This document shows positions 7,698-17,307 of a DNA stretch of 64,000 nucleotides, piece after piece. The notes beneath the pieces are model-generated. The model saw only the letters and a list, made by a program, of their open reading frames with translations. It had not been told where the DNA came from and made no database searches. Source of the DNA: Gemmatimonadales bacterium (GTDB lineage Bacteria > Gemmatimonadota > Gemmatimonadetes > Gemmatimonadales > GWC2-71-9); NCBI GenBank assembly GCA_038321865.1, contig JBBQFH010000007.1, positions 32,001 through 96,000 of the forward strand. The letters run 5' to 3'. Positions within the stretch are counted from its first letter, which is position 1. Each line of letters begins with the position of its first letter. A program made the position numbers and the translations under genes.

Positions 7698-9257
7698 ATG
7701 CGATCAACCATCCTTCTCGCGGCCGGCCTCGTCACGGCGAGTCACCCCGCCGCCGCGCAACTCCAGCTCACACCTCGCGACTCCGCCCTCCATGCGCTGA
7801 ACCGGCTGGCGTACGGGCCCGCGCCCGGCCAGCTCGACTCGCTCGCACGCGGTGGCGTGATGCGCTGGATTGACGGACAGCTCGCTGCGCCCGTCCCCGA
7901 TCCCTCGCTGGTGCGCCTGGAAGGCCGATTTGATCTGCTGAAACAGTCTCCGGCCGAGCTTGCGGAACTCTTTCAGCAGGCGCGCCGGGAGCGGAGCGCG
8001 AGCGCCGATACGACGATGTCGGCTGCACCCCTGACGCCCACGCAGCGCAACCTGCGCCGGCTGCTCGTCGAGTCGGGGCAGCTCGCCGTCGCCCGGGCCA
8101 CGGTGGCCGACCACCAGCTCGCCGAGGTCATGACCGACTTCTGGGTCAACCACTTCAACGTCTTCGCCGGCAAGGGCATCGATCGGTACCTCCTGCCATC
8201 ATACGTGGAGCAGACGATCCGGCCCCGCGCGCTTGGCCGCTTCCGCGACCTCCTGATCGCGACCGCCGAGAGCCCGGCGATGCTCTTCTATCTCGACAAT
8301 GCACTCAGCGTGGCGCCGGGGGCCGTGCCTCCCGGCCGCGGCCGCGCGATGGCGGGCATCGCACCGCCCCGCCGGCCGAACGGCATCAACGAGAATTATG
8401 CCCGCGAACTCCTCGAGCTTCACACGCTCGGCGTGGACGGCGGCTACACCCAGCACGATGTGGTGGACGTGGCGCGCATCCTCACGGGCTGGGGCATCGA
8501 GCGGCCGCTCCAGGGAGGGGGCTTTCGATTCAACCAGTGGGCGCACGATACCGGGCCGAAGGTCGTGCTCGGTGTCACGTATCCGGCGGGCCACGGCCAG
8601 GACGAGGGACTGCGCCTGCTCGATCTCCTGTCGCGGAGCTCCGCGACGATACATCATGTCTCGGGGCAGCTCTGCGCGCGGTTCGTGTCGGACACGCACT
8701 CCGATGGGTGCGAGGACGCGGCCGTTGCCGCGTGGAAGCGGACGGACGGCGATATCCGCGAGGTGCTGCGGGCCATCTTCACCGCTCCGGATTTCTGGGC
8801 GCCGGCCGTCGTCGGGTCGAAGGTCAAGACGCCGCTGGAATTCGTCGTGAGTGCGGCCCGGGTGCTGGCCGCCCAGCCTGACACCACGCCGAGGCTGGCG
8901 CAGGTGGTCGGCCGCCTGGGGCAGCCGCTCTACCTGCAGAGCTCTCCGGCGGGCTATCCCGAGCGCCAGGATGCCTGGGTCAACAGTGGGGCGCTGCTCA
9001 GCCGGATGAACACTGCCGTCGCGATGGCGGACGGACGGCTGGCCGGCCTCACCGTCAACCTCGACGTGATCGCTCCGGTCGGACTCGCTCCCGACAGCCT
9101 GCTCGTCCTGCTCGACCGGCGCGTGTTGGGCGGCGGCATGACGGCCAACACCCGTGCCGTGCTCCGCGGCGAGATCCTGTCGGCCCCCGACCCGGCGACG
9201 GCACGCGCCCGCGCCGTCGGCCTCACCCTTGGCAGCCCGGAGTTTCAACGGCAATGA
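7698..9257 (+). CDS. DUF1800 family exported protein
   Basis: Signal peptide from ATG 7698. HALNRLAYGP, MTDFWVNHFNV, PAMLFYLDN, NENYARELLELHTLG, SPEFQRQ. Confidence 0.9.
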   Translation: MRSTILLAAGLVTASHPAAAQLQLTPRDSALHALNRLAYGPAPGQLDSLARGGVMRWIDGQLAAPVPDPSLVRLEGRFDLLKQSPAELAELFQQARRERSASADTTMSAAPLTPTQRNLRRLLVESGQLAVARATVADHQLAEVMTDFWVNHFNVFAGKGIDRYLLPSYVEQTIRPRALGRFRDLLIATAESPAMLFYLDNALSVAPGAVPPGRGRAMAGIAPPRRPNGINENYARELLELHTLGVDGGYTQHDVVDVARILTGWGIERPLQGGGFRFNQWAHDTGPKVVLGVTYPAGHGQDEGLRLLDLLSRSSATIHHVSGQLCARFVSDTHSDGCEDAAVAAWKRTDGDIREVLRAIFTAPDFWAPAVVGSKVKTPLEFVVSAARVLAAQPDTTPRLAQVVGRLGQPLYLQSSPAGYPERQDAWVNSGALLSRMNTAVAMADGRLAGLTVNLDVIAPVGLAPDSLLVLLDRRVLGGGMTANTRAVLRGEILSAPDPATARARAVGLTLGSPEFQRQ

Positions 9258-10498
9258 CCATCTCGCGGCGCGCGTTCATTCGTGGCGGCGGTCTGGCGGC
9301 GTTCAGCCTCGGGCTCGACCCCCTGTTCCTCGGGCGGGCGGCGTACGCGCTGGGCCCGCACCCGATTGCGACGCCGTCGGGGCGCACCCTCGTCTGCCTG
9401 TTTCAGCGAGGCGCCGTCGACGGACTGAGCATGATCGCCCCGCATGGCGAGTCCGCCTATTACAGCGAGCGCCCCCGGATCGCCATTCCGAAGTCCGAGC
9501 TGGTCGATCTCGACGGACACTTCGGACTGCACCCGCGCCTGGCGCCCCTGAAGCCCTTCTGGGACTCGGGCAGTCTGGCACTGGTGCACGCGGTCGGCTC
9601 GCCCGATATCACGCGAAGCCATTTCGACGCGCAGGATTACATGGAGAGCGGCACGCCGGGCGTGAAGTCCACGCCTGATGGCTGGCTCAACCGGCAATGC
9701 CAGCATGATCAGGAGCACGCCGCGACGCCGTTTCGGGCAGTCGCGTTCGGCCCCCAGCTCCCGCGGGCGCTGGCGGGACCGGCGCCGAGCCTCGCGATCA
9801 GCGACCTTCGAGCCTTCGGCGTCCGCGAGGAGCGGGGGGAGAATGATCGCCTCACGCGGGCGTTCGCAGCGCTCTACGAGGGGTCGGCCACCGGCCTGCT
9901 GGCGTCCTCGTCACAGGAAGGGTTCGCGGCAGTCCAGATGCTGAAGCATGCGAATCCCATGCAGTACAGCCCCGCCAACGGCGCCGAGTACCCCGGCGGG
10001 AGGCTCGGCATGTCGCTGCTTCAGATCGCGCAGCTGATCAAGTCGGGGGTCGGCCTCGAAATCGCATTCGCCGATGCGAGCGGCTGGGACACCCACGTGA
10101 ACCAGGGCTCGGCCGATGGACAGCTGGCGGTCCGGCTGGATGAGCTCGGACGTGCGCTGGCCGCCTTCAGCCGGGATCTGGGCGAGCGGATGCGCGACGT
10201 CGTAGTCCTCACGATGTCGGAATTTGGCCGGACCGTCGCGGAGAACGGGACCGGCGGAACCGACCACGGGCATGGAACGGCCATGATGGTGCTCGGCGGC
10301 GGCGTGCGCGGGGGCAAGGTTCACGGGCGCTGGCCCGGGCTGGGCCGTTCCGAGCGCTATGACGGCAGGGATCTCGCAGTCACGACCGACTATCGCGATC
10401 TGTTCTCCGAGGTGCTCGTGGGACATCTCGGCAGCCGTGACCTTGCCGCCGTGTTCCCGGGTCACCAGCCGAACTTTCCGGGCGTCATGCGGAGCTGA
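9254..10498 (+). CDS. DUF1501 family Tat-exported protein
   Basis: SRRAFI Tat motif; FQRGAVDGLS, RSHFDAQ, GWDTH, SEFGRT, GTDHG. Confidence 0.92.
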   Translation: MTISRRAFIRGGGLAAFSLGLDPLFLGRAAYALGPHPIATPSGRTLVCLFQRGAVDGLSMIAPHGESAYYSERPRIAIPKSELVDLDGHFGLHPRLAPLKPFWDSGSLALVHAVGSPDITRSHFDAQDYMESGTPGVKSTPDGWLNRQCQHDQEHAATPFRAVAFGPQLPRALAGPAPSLAISDLRAFGVREERGENDRLTRAFAALYEGSATGLLASSSQEGFAAVQMLKHANPMQYSPANGAEYPGGRLGMSLLQIAQLIKSGVGLEIAFADASGWDTHVNQGSADGQLAVRLDELGRALAAFSRDLGERMRDVVVLTMSEFGRTVAENGTGGTDHGHGTAMMVLGGGVRGGKVHGRWPGLGRSERYDGRDLAVTTDYRDLFSEVLVGHLGSRDLAAVFPGHQPNFPGVMRS

Positions 10499-10605
10499 AG
10501 GGCTGGCGCGGCGCGCCAGCGGGTGCATCCTTAGCGTGAAGATGTGTACTGGGCCGCGACATTGCGCGTCTCCACTGCACTTCACGGCTTCGACGGGGAT
10601 CGCCC

Positions 10606-11748
10606 ATGACGCTGGCCCATGCGCCGCACAGCCGGCATCTTGCCGGGACTCTCCTCCTGTCGCTTTTCGTCGCCTGCACCCACAGCGACGCCTTCACCCC
10701 GCACGATTCCAGTACGTCAGAGCCCCTGGTCGCCGCCACGCCGACCCGCCTCACGTACAATCCCCAGGCAGACGTCGATCCGTTCTGGCTCCCCGATGGA
10801 ACCGGGATCATCTACGCGTGGGGAACGGGCGGCGCATTGCCGGGCGATCGCGACCAGTGCCTCGGCGAGCTGCCGGCGACTGGGGGGTCACTGCGGAACG
10901 TCCTCTGCAATCACGGTCCCTTCGCCTCCGACTCCATCGAGACGCTCGCCTGGCCGGCGGTGTCGCCAGGGAACCGGCTGGCCTACTCCCGCACATCGCG
11001 ATTTCGAACCGGCCTGGTAGACGCGACGGCCCTGGTCGTCGGTTCGCGAGCCGTCCCCGATTCCTTCGACTTCGTGCGCCGGTTCCCCTTCCAGATCGGA
11101 TCCAGCTTCTACCTCGCGCCGGCGTACACGTCCTGGCTGTCGGACAGTCTGCTCGTGTTCATCGGCCTGACCGATACTCCCGTCCCCTGCCCCGCTCCCT
11201 GCACCGGCATACTCGTACGCAGCGGCCGCGACATCCTGCGCGCGGACCTCCAGGGCGGAAGCGCCCTCGTCACAGCGGTCCCCGGAAGCGCGTGGGCCAC
11301 GTCCGTCGCCCGCGCGGGACCCGCGGACATCTACTTCACCACGGCCGGCTCGAGCCAGGTATTCCGCCAGGAGCTTGGCGGCGGGGCGAGTACCAGCGTG
11401 CATGATTTCGGCCCGGGGGGCATCGCGCGGGACGTCCAGGTGGCCAACAACCGGCTGGCGGCGATCGTCGGCGGCCTCGTCCAGCTCCGGCCCGACAACA
11501 CCAGCACGATTCAGGACGATATCGCCGGACGCCTTTTCATCGTCGACCTGGCCAGTGGCACCGAACGCGAACTGGCCGCGCCGGCGACGCTGTTCAGGCA
11601 CCCGGCGTTGTCACCGGATGGAGCCGAGGTGGTGGTCGAGGCGTTCCCGCTTCGGCTGGACGAAATCCGCGGTCCGGCCGGCACCCTCATTCGGGTCGAC
11701 ACGACGGTGACCGGCGGGCCCGATCTCTGGATGTTTCCGACCCAATGA
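10606..11748 (+). CDS. TolB/PD40-like beta-propeller lipoprotein (paralog A)
   Basis: Lipobox LFVAC; PD40-like repeats RLTYNP..DVDPFWLPDG and HPALSPDG. Confidence 0.75.
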   Translation: MTLAHAPHSRHLAGTLLLSLFVACTHSDAFTPHDSSTSEPLVAATPTRLTYNPQADVDPFWLPDGTGIIYAWGTGGALPGDRDQCLGELPATGGSLRNVLCNHGPFASDSIETLAWPAVSPGNRLAYSRTSRFRTGLVDATALVVGSRAVPDSFDFVRRFPFQIGSSFYLAPAYTSWLSDSLLVFIGLTDTPVPCPAPCTGILVRSGRDILRADLQGGSALVTAVPGSAWATSVARAGPADIYFTTAGSSQVFRQELGGGASTSVHDFGPGGIARDVQVANNRLAAIVGGLVQLRPDNTSTIQDDIAGRLFIVDLASGTERELAAPATLFRHPALSPDGAEVVVEAFPLRLDEIRGPAGTLIRVDTTVTGGPDLWMFPTQ

Positions 11749-12869
11749 GAGGGGCGACCAGGGCCTCCGCGCTCGTGATCACCGTCGTCGCCATGACGGC
11801 GTGCGACCATTCCGGTGCGTTCGCGCCGGCTGACCAGCGCACGGCCGAGCCGCTGACGACCGGCTCACCGAGACGCATCACGTACAACGCCGGCGACGAC
11901 CGGACCCCCTCCTGGCTCCCTGACGGGAGCGGGATCATCTACTCCAGTGAGCAGATCAACCGCCGGGACCACGATCGCTGCCTGCAGGTGCTCCCGCCGA
12001 ACGGCGGAACGATCATGCAACGGCTATGCTACACCTCGGTGATCGCGTTCGATGACAGCACGGATCGCTACGAATCGCCGGCGGTGAGCTCATCGGGCCA
12101 GCTGCTCTACACCCTGGCCCGGGCCCGCATCGGCCTGCAGAAGGGCCCCCGCCAGGCACTCATGCTGGGGACGCTCGCGCAGCCCTTCGTCGGGGCGTCC
12201 GAGCTGACGCCGATCCCCTACTTCGCGTCGAGCGGGCGCACCCATTCGGCCATCGCCCAGCTGCAATGGGCCGGCGAGGGGCAGTTCGTCTATCTGGGCC
12301 AGATGCTGTTCTACGAGGGCTCCACTTTTCTGCCGGACACGTTTTACACCGGGCTCGACGTGGTCGTGGGCCGGCTGACCGAGTCCGGCGCCACCCTGAC
12401 GGCGGTGGCCGGCACCGACTACGCGTCCGGCGTCAGCGTCGATCCGCAATCGCCGGACATCATCTACTTCACGCTCGGCGGAGACTCCAGGGTCTACCGC
12501 CAGTCGCTCGCGACCGGCATCCGAACGACCCTCTTCGACTTCGGCGCCGGGCACATCGTGCGTGAACCCCAGGTCTTCGGCACCCATCTCGTGGCCGTCA
12601 TCGACGGAAGCGTCGAGTACGGCTTCGAGGACGCTCACGGGTTCGTGCAGCGCGATGAAGGCGGAGAGCTCGCCGTGGTCGACCTGGGCACCGGCATCGT
12701 ACAGCGGGACAGCCTTCCGGCCACCCTCTTTCGCCGGCCTGCGATTTCGCCGTCCGGTGACCGTGTCGTGGTCGAGGCGTCACCCCGGGTGCCGGTGCAT
12801 CTGGCCGCGCAGTCGGATTTCACCGCGATCAATCACCGTCCTGACCTCTGGCTCTTCGACCTCCCGTGA
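11745..12869 (+). CDS. TolB/PD40-like beta-propeller lipoprotein (paralog B)
   Basis: Lipobox AMTAC; RITYNAGDDRTPSWLPDG and RPAISPSG; ATGA overlap with paralog A. Confidence 0.75.
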   Translation: MRGATRASALVITVVAMTACDHSGAFAPADQRTAEPLTTGSPRRITYNAGDDRTPSWLPDGSGIIYSSEQINRRDHDRCLQVLPPNGGTIMQRLCYTSVIAFDDSTDRYESPAVSSSGQLLYTLARARIGLQKGPRQALMLGTLAQPFVGASELTPIPYFASSGRTHSAIAQLQWAGEGQFVYLGQMLFYEGSTFLPDTFYTGLDVVVGRLTESGATLTAVAGTDYASGVSVDPQSPDIIYFTLGGDSRVYRQSLATGIRTTLFDFGAGHIVREPQVFGTHLVAVIDGSVEYGFEDAHGFVQRDEGGELAVVDLGTGIVQRDSLPATLFRRPAISPSGDRVVVEASPRVPVHLAAQSDFTAINHRPDLWLFDLP

Positions 12870-15670
12870 CCACGCTCCGGAGATCCGACCTCATGCCCCT
12901 TCGACGTTGTGCAGTCCTCCTCGCGCTTGCCGCGGCGTCGCCGGCCGCACTCGCCGCCCAGGCCAGCGGCGCGCTCGGCGGCCGCATCCGGGACGCCGCC
13001 ACCGGACACGGCGTCGCCAACGCCATCGTGACGGTCGAAGCTGGCCGCCGGGGCGCGATTACCGATACGAGCGGCGCCTACCGCATTCGCGAGCTGAGGA
13101 GTGGAAGCTATGCGGTGCAGGTGCGCGCCATCGGGTATGCGCCCGCCACCCGCGACAGTGTGATCGTTCAGGGCGGACAAACTACCGTGCTCGACCTTGC
13201 CCTGCGTGCGGAAGCGGTGCAGCTGGCGCCCGTTGTCGTTGAGAGCCAGGACCCGGTGCTGGATCCGATGGCGACGGCGACGGAGCAGACGGTCACCGCG
13301 CAGGATCTGCATCAGCTGCCCGTCAGCTCCGTCGAGGAGGCCATCGCGCTCTCGGCAGGCGCGGTGGGGGAGAGCTATCGCGGCGGCCGGCTGGGGCAGG
13401 AGTCGTTCATCATCGACGGACTTGGCGTCAAGAACCAGCTTGACGCCTCGACCGGGTCGTTGGGCATCCGGGTGCCTCCCGACATCCTCACGGAAGCGTC
13501 GCTCGTCACCAACGGCTTTTCGGCCCGCTATGGACAGGCGCTCTCCGGACTGATCAACGTCGTCACCAAGGATGGGGGAGAGCGGTGGGCCGGCCGCGCG
13601 GCGTACGAAACCGATCGTCCGCTGAGCCAGGCGAACGATCTGGGACTCGACCGCGTCGTGCTGGAGGCGGATGGCCCGCTGATCGCCGGCATTCGTGCGC
13701 TGGCATCGGTCGATGCCACCGGCCGGCTCGATGCCGACCCGGTGAACGCGCCCGCGCCGGCCGACCCGCTCGATCCCCGGAACGACAATCCGCACATGCT
13801 GCCGCACAACAGCGGCGAACAGGTCAACCTCGCGGGCAAGCTGACGATCCCGTTCGGCTCGCACGAGACGCTGCGGCTGTTCGGCCTGCGCTCGACCGAG
13901 CAGCGCCTGTTGTACGATCCCGCCTTCAAGTACGACCCGAGCTTCGCACCTGGCAGCCGGACCGCCGGCATGCTGACCAGCGCCCACCTCCAGCACAGCA
14001 GCGGACCTGCGGCGCGGACTCCCCTCGTGGCCGACCTGCGCGTGGCTTATTTCAGCCGGGATTTCGTACGGGGCGAGCTGACGGCTCAGCCGGATCTCGC
14101 GTTCGGCGCCTTCAGCAAGAACCGATTTCGCTTCGTCGGCGAAGACATCGCGCGCGCGCAGGACACGACCACGGCAGCCGCCGCGATCACCGGATTTGGC
14201 CGGCCCCAGGCGAGTGAGAACAGCCCGTGGGGGGTGCCGGCATTTTTCCTGGGCGACGCGTCGCGGGGAGATATCGCCTGGAACCGGTTCGGGGAGCTCC
14301 GCACCCAGCTCGACCTCACGCTCGGCATCGGGGCCCGGGCCGATCTGTACGCGGGCGGCGAGGTGGTCCGGCAGAACGTCGAGACCTTCCAGCGCGTCCT
14401 CGGTTATCTGCCGGTCGGCGACAGTGTCCCCGCCGCGACCGCGTCCAGCTTCAAGCCGCTCGCGACGGCCGGATACGTGGAAACCCAGATCCGCGCGACC
14501 GATCTCGCGCTCACCGCCGGTATCCGGTACGACCGGTTCGACACCCGATCCGATCTGCCCGGGCGCACCGGCGGCCCGGCTCAACGCATTAATCCGCGCA
14601 TTGCCGTGTCCACCGTGCTCAAGGGCGCGACGGTCGTGGCCAGCGTCGGGTCGTTCAGCCAGGCGCCTGATTATCAGTACCTGGTCGACGCGGCATTTGA
14701 CGACACGACGCGGACGGGCCGCTTCCGCCAGGGCAACCCCGATCTCGGCTTCGAGCGCTCGTGGCAGTACGAGCTCAGCGTACGCGCCCGGCCGAAACCG
14801 GGGATCTCGGTTCGCACCGGCGTGTTCGTCAAACGCCTGCAGAACCTGGTGTCATCGGTGCCGCTGGGCGCGAACCCCGATTCCTCATTCTTCGGGAATG
14901 ACGACGTCGGGACCGTCCAGGGCGCCGAGCTGCTGGTGGAGCGCGAGATTCGGGGAGGATGGGGCGTCAAGCTCGCCTACTCGTTCCAGCGGGCCGAGGC
15001 CACTTCCACCAGCGCGTTCCTGCTGCGGCGCACCATTACCGTGGACCCGCTGACGCACGACACCACCTTTCCGGCCAAGGTTTCGTTCCCGCTCGATTAC
15101 GACCGGCGCCACACGGTCACCGCGATCCTCCGTGGCCAGGTCCCGGAAGGGACGGGTCCCCGCCTCCTTGGAGTGCGGCCCCTGGCGGGATTCGAAGCGG
15201 CGGTCATCGGGCGGTATCTGTCGGGGCTGCCGTATACGCGACGGGATTTCGGGGTCGATACCCTGCTCGGCGGCCCGAACGGCTCGCGGCTGCCGGCCAC
15301 TTCCAGTGTGGATCTGCTCCTCCGCCGGCCGCTGCGGATCGCCGGCGTGAGAGGCAGCGTGTATCTCGATGCGCGGAACCTGCTCAACCGAAGGAACATC
15401 GTCGCCGTGCGCCGCGATACCGGCGTGCCGGAGCCCAGCGACACCATCGTGGCGACCATGGCGCGCTCGGCGTACCTGGCGCATCCCGAGCCGATCCCCT
15501 ACGAGTCGCCGAGGTATCGCCGAGCGGCGGACATAAACGGAGACGGCCTGATCCAGGGTCAGGCCGAGTTGTTGCCGCTCTACCTTGCGGCCGCTCGAGA
15601 CTTTACCCAGCCGCTGTTCGCGTACGGGCCGCCGCGGGTAACCCGGATCGGCCTGGAGCTGGTGTTCTAG
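12866..15670 (+). CDS. TonB-dependent receptor with N-terminal carboxypeptidase-regulatory-like domain
   Basis: Signal peptide (start may be the ATG at 12893). GRIRDAATG..TDTSGAYRI; plug motif GFSARYGQALSGLINVVTK; YLDARNLLN; terminal Phe. Confidence 0.92.
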   Translation: MTTLRRSDLMPLRRCAVLLALAAASPAALAAQASGALGGRIRDAATGHGVANAIVTVEAGRRGAITDTSGAYRIRELRSGSYAVQVRAIGYAPATRDSVIVQGGQTTVLDLALRAEAVQLAPVVVESQDPVLDPMATATEQTVTAQDLHQLPVSSVEEAIALSAGAVGESYRGGRLGQESFIIDGLGVKNQLDASTGSLGIRVPPDILTEASLVTNGFSARYGQALSGLINVVTKDGGERWAGRAAYETDRPLSQANDLGLDRVVLEADGPLIAGIRALASVDATGRLDADPVNAPAPADPLDPRNDNPHMLPHNSGEQVNLAGKLTIPFGSHETLRLFGLRSTEQRLLYDPAFKYDPSFAPGSRTAGMLTSAHLQHSSGPAARTPLVADLRVAYFSRDFVRGELTAQPDLAFGAFSKNRFRFVGEDIARAQDTTTAAAAITGFGRPQASENSPWGVPAFFLGDASRGDIAWNRFGELRTQLDLTLGIGARADLYAGGEVVRQNVETFQRVLGYLPVGDSVPAATASSFKPLATAGYVETQIRATDLALTAGIRYDRFDTRSDLPGRTGGPAQRINPRIAVSTVLKGATVVASVGSFSQAPDYQYLVDAAFDDTTRTGRFRQGNPDLGFERSWQYELSVRARPKPGISVRTGVFVKRLQNLVSSVPLGANPDSSFFGNDDVGTVQGAELLVEREIRGGWGVKLAYSFQRAEATSTSAFLLRRTITVDPLTHDTTFPAKVSFPLDYDRRHTVTAILRGQVPEGTGPRLLGVRPLAGFEAAVIGRYLSGLPYTRRDFGVDTLLGGPNGSRLPATSSVDLLLRRPLRIAGVRGSVYLDARNLLNRRNIVAVRRDTGVPEPSDTIVATMARSAYLAHPEPIPYESPRYRRAADINGDGLIQGQAELLPLYLAAARDFTQPLFAYGPPRVTRIGLELVF

Positions 15671-15689
15671 CCGATCGCACCCGAACATG

Positions 15690-15724
15690 AAAGGAGCCCG
15701 CCGGTCATCCGGCGGGCTCCTTTT
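15690..15724. terminator. Bidirectional intrinsic terminator
   Basis: AAAGGAGCCCGCCGG-TCAT-CCGGCGGGCTCCTTTT perfect stem between convergent genes. Confidence 0.9.
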
Positions 15725-15742
15725 GCCTGGTCCTGCGGGCCG

Positions 15743-16510
15743 TCAGGGAAAGAACGGCGTCACGATGGCCAGCACCTGCGCCGCGGTCAGCGGCTCATCG
15801 AAGGCCTCCGTGCCCTGATTGGTCGCATCGGTGGTGACACCAGCGTGCAGCGTGGCGTTCTCGCCCGCGTAGACCGGCGCGATGGCGTTCACATCAGTGA
15901 AATTCTTCGTAATCCATGACTTCTGGCCACGCAGCCGGCGAACCTCGGCGGCGTGACGCGCCTCCACCGAGTGAATTCTCAGCGCGGTGCCCAGCGTGCT
16001 GGGCGACACCAGCAGCGCCGGGGCCGCTCCCTTGTAGGCGCGGACGCCGGTGTCTTCGAGCGCCTGCGACACGGCCTTGAACGTTGAGTAGTTCGAGAGC
16101 ACGTCGCCGAAGGCACCCCGTGCGGTCAGGTCGATCGCCGGTTTGGCGATGGCCGCGGTGCCGAGCACCGATTTCAGCAGCGCGATATGGGCCGTTTCGT
16201 GCTTGTTGATCTGGGTGAACACCAGCCGGTCCGCCGTCGGGATCAGGCCGCTCGCGGCCAGCCCCCTGGTGTAGAAATCCCCCTCGAGATACTCGAGCTT
16301 GAGCGCGAAGTTGAGCGTGTCGATGACCGACTGCGGCAGGCCGCCCTGGGCGAACGCCTCTTTCGCCATCAGCGCCAGCGCCACCGGGACCGACGCGGCC
16401 GCCATGGCCGCACCCATCGAGCCGCCACGACGGAAGATGTCGCGGCGCGAGACGATCCGCTCGGCGATCTCCGGGTCTTCGATCGTGTCGAGAAAGGTTT
16501 GATTCTTCAT
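15743..16510 (-). CDS. Ferritin-like domain protein (Ferritin_2 type)
   Basis: LNFALKLEYLE, HETAH, LEDTGVRAY, SVEARHAA; SRRDIF Tat-like motif. Confidence 0.88.
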   Translation of the reverse strand: MKNQTFLDTIEDPEIAERIVSRRDIFRRGGSMGAAMAAASVPVALALMAKEAFAQGGLPQSVIDTLNFALKLEYLEGDFYTRGLAASGLIPTADRLVFTQINKHETAHIALLKSVLGTAAIAKPAIDLTARGAFGDVLSNYSTFKAVSQALEDTGVRAYKGAAPALLVSPSTLGTALRIHSVEARHAAEVRRLRGQKSWITKNFTDVNAIAPVYAGENATLHAGVTTDATNQGTEAFDEPLTAAQVLAIVTPFFP

Positions 16511-16524
16511 GATCGAGTCCCCGG

Positions 16525-17223
16525 TCAGGGCAGTGAGGAAGTGATGGTCGCGTGCGTCAGGTCGGTCGCGCTGGCGAGCACCTGCGATGGCAGGGCGCTC
16601 CGGTCGAGGCCGTTTACATCCACCACGTCGTCACCGGCGAAGCCTGCCGCCGCGTTCTTCGGGGCCAGGATATCCCGAAGCACGGCAGCGTGGCGGGCCT
16701 CCACGGACACGATGCTTCCGAGTGCGGCGAGCAGATTCGCGTCGGTCAGAAGTGGACCGGCGCCGTTGTACGCGGAGACTCCCAGGTCCTCGAAGCCCTT
16801 CGCCGCGTTCAGCACTTCGGAGCGGGACGTGAAGTCGATGTTGGTAAAGTCGAACTCCAGCTTCGAGACCGCGTCGGCGCCGAGCGCGGTTTCGAGGAAA
16901 TCGCGGTGGATCACCTCATGGTCGCGAATGTCGGTGAGAATCTGCAGTTCGGGCGTGGTGATCCCGGTGTAGGGCGTTCGGGCCACCTGGATATAGAACG
17001 CGGCCTCAAGCTGCTCCAGCACGTATGCGTAGTTCAGGACGGCGGTGTCGCCGGTGCCGAGGGAGACGCTGTCGCCCGGGCCGGCCACGTCGGTCTTGCA
17101 ACCGACCGCCGCCACACCGAGCGTGATCCCCGACCACTTGAGAAAGGTCCGGCGCGAGGAGACCTGGGCGAGCCGGGAAAGGAACGCGAGTTCCGCACCC
17201 CCGGACTCCTGACGTGAATGCAT
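16525..17223 (-). CDS. Ferritin-like domain protein (Ferritin_2 type), Tat/lipoprotein-like signal
   Basis: SRRTFLK...AVGC; LNYAYVLEQLE, HEVIH, FEDLGVSAY, SVEARHAA. Confidence 0.88.
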   Translation of the reverse strand: MHSRQESGGAELAFLSRLAQVSSRRTFLKWSGITLGVAAVGCKTDVAGPGDSVSLGTGDTAVLNYAYVLEQLEAAFYIQVARTPYTGITTPELQILTDIRDHEVIHRDFLETALGADAVSKLEFDFTNIDFTSRSEVLNAAKGFEDLGVSAYNGAGPLLTDANLLAALGSIVSVEARHAAVLRDILAPKNAAAGFAGDDVVDVNGLDRSALPSQVLASATDLTHATITSSLP

Positions 17224-17307
17224 GCGAGATGACCCCCGATGAAGTGAACGAGACCCGCCGGACGGCCCTGCAATAATAGCTGGAATGACTCCTGTCGGCC
17301 CTGCTGA

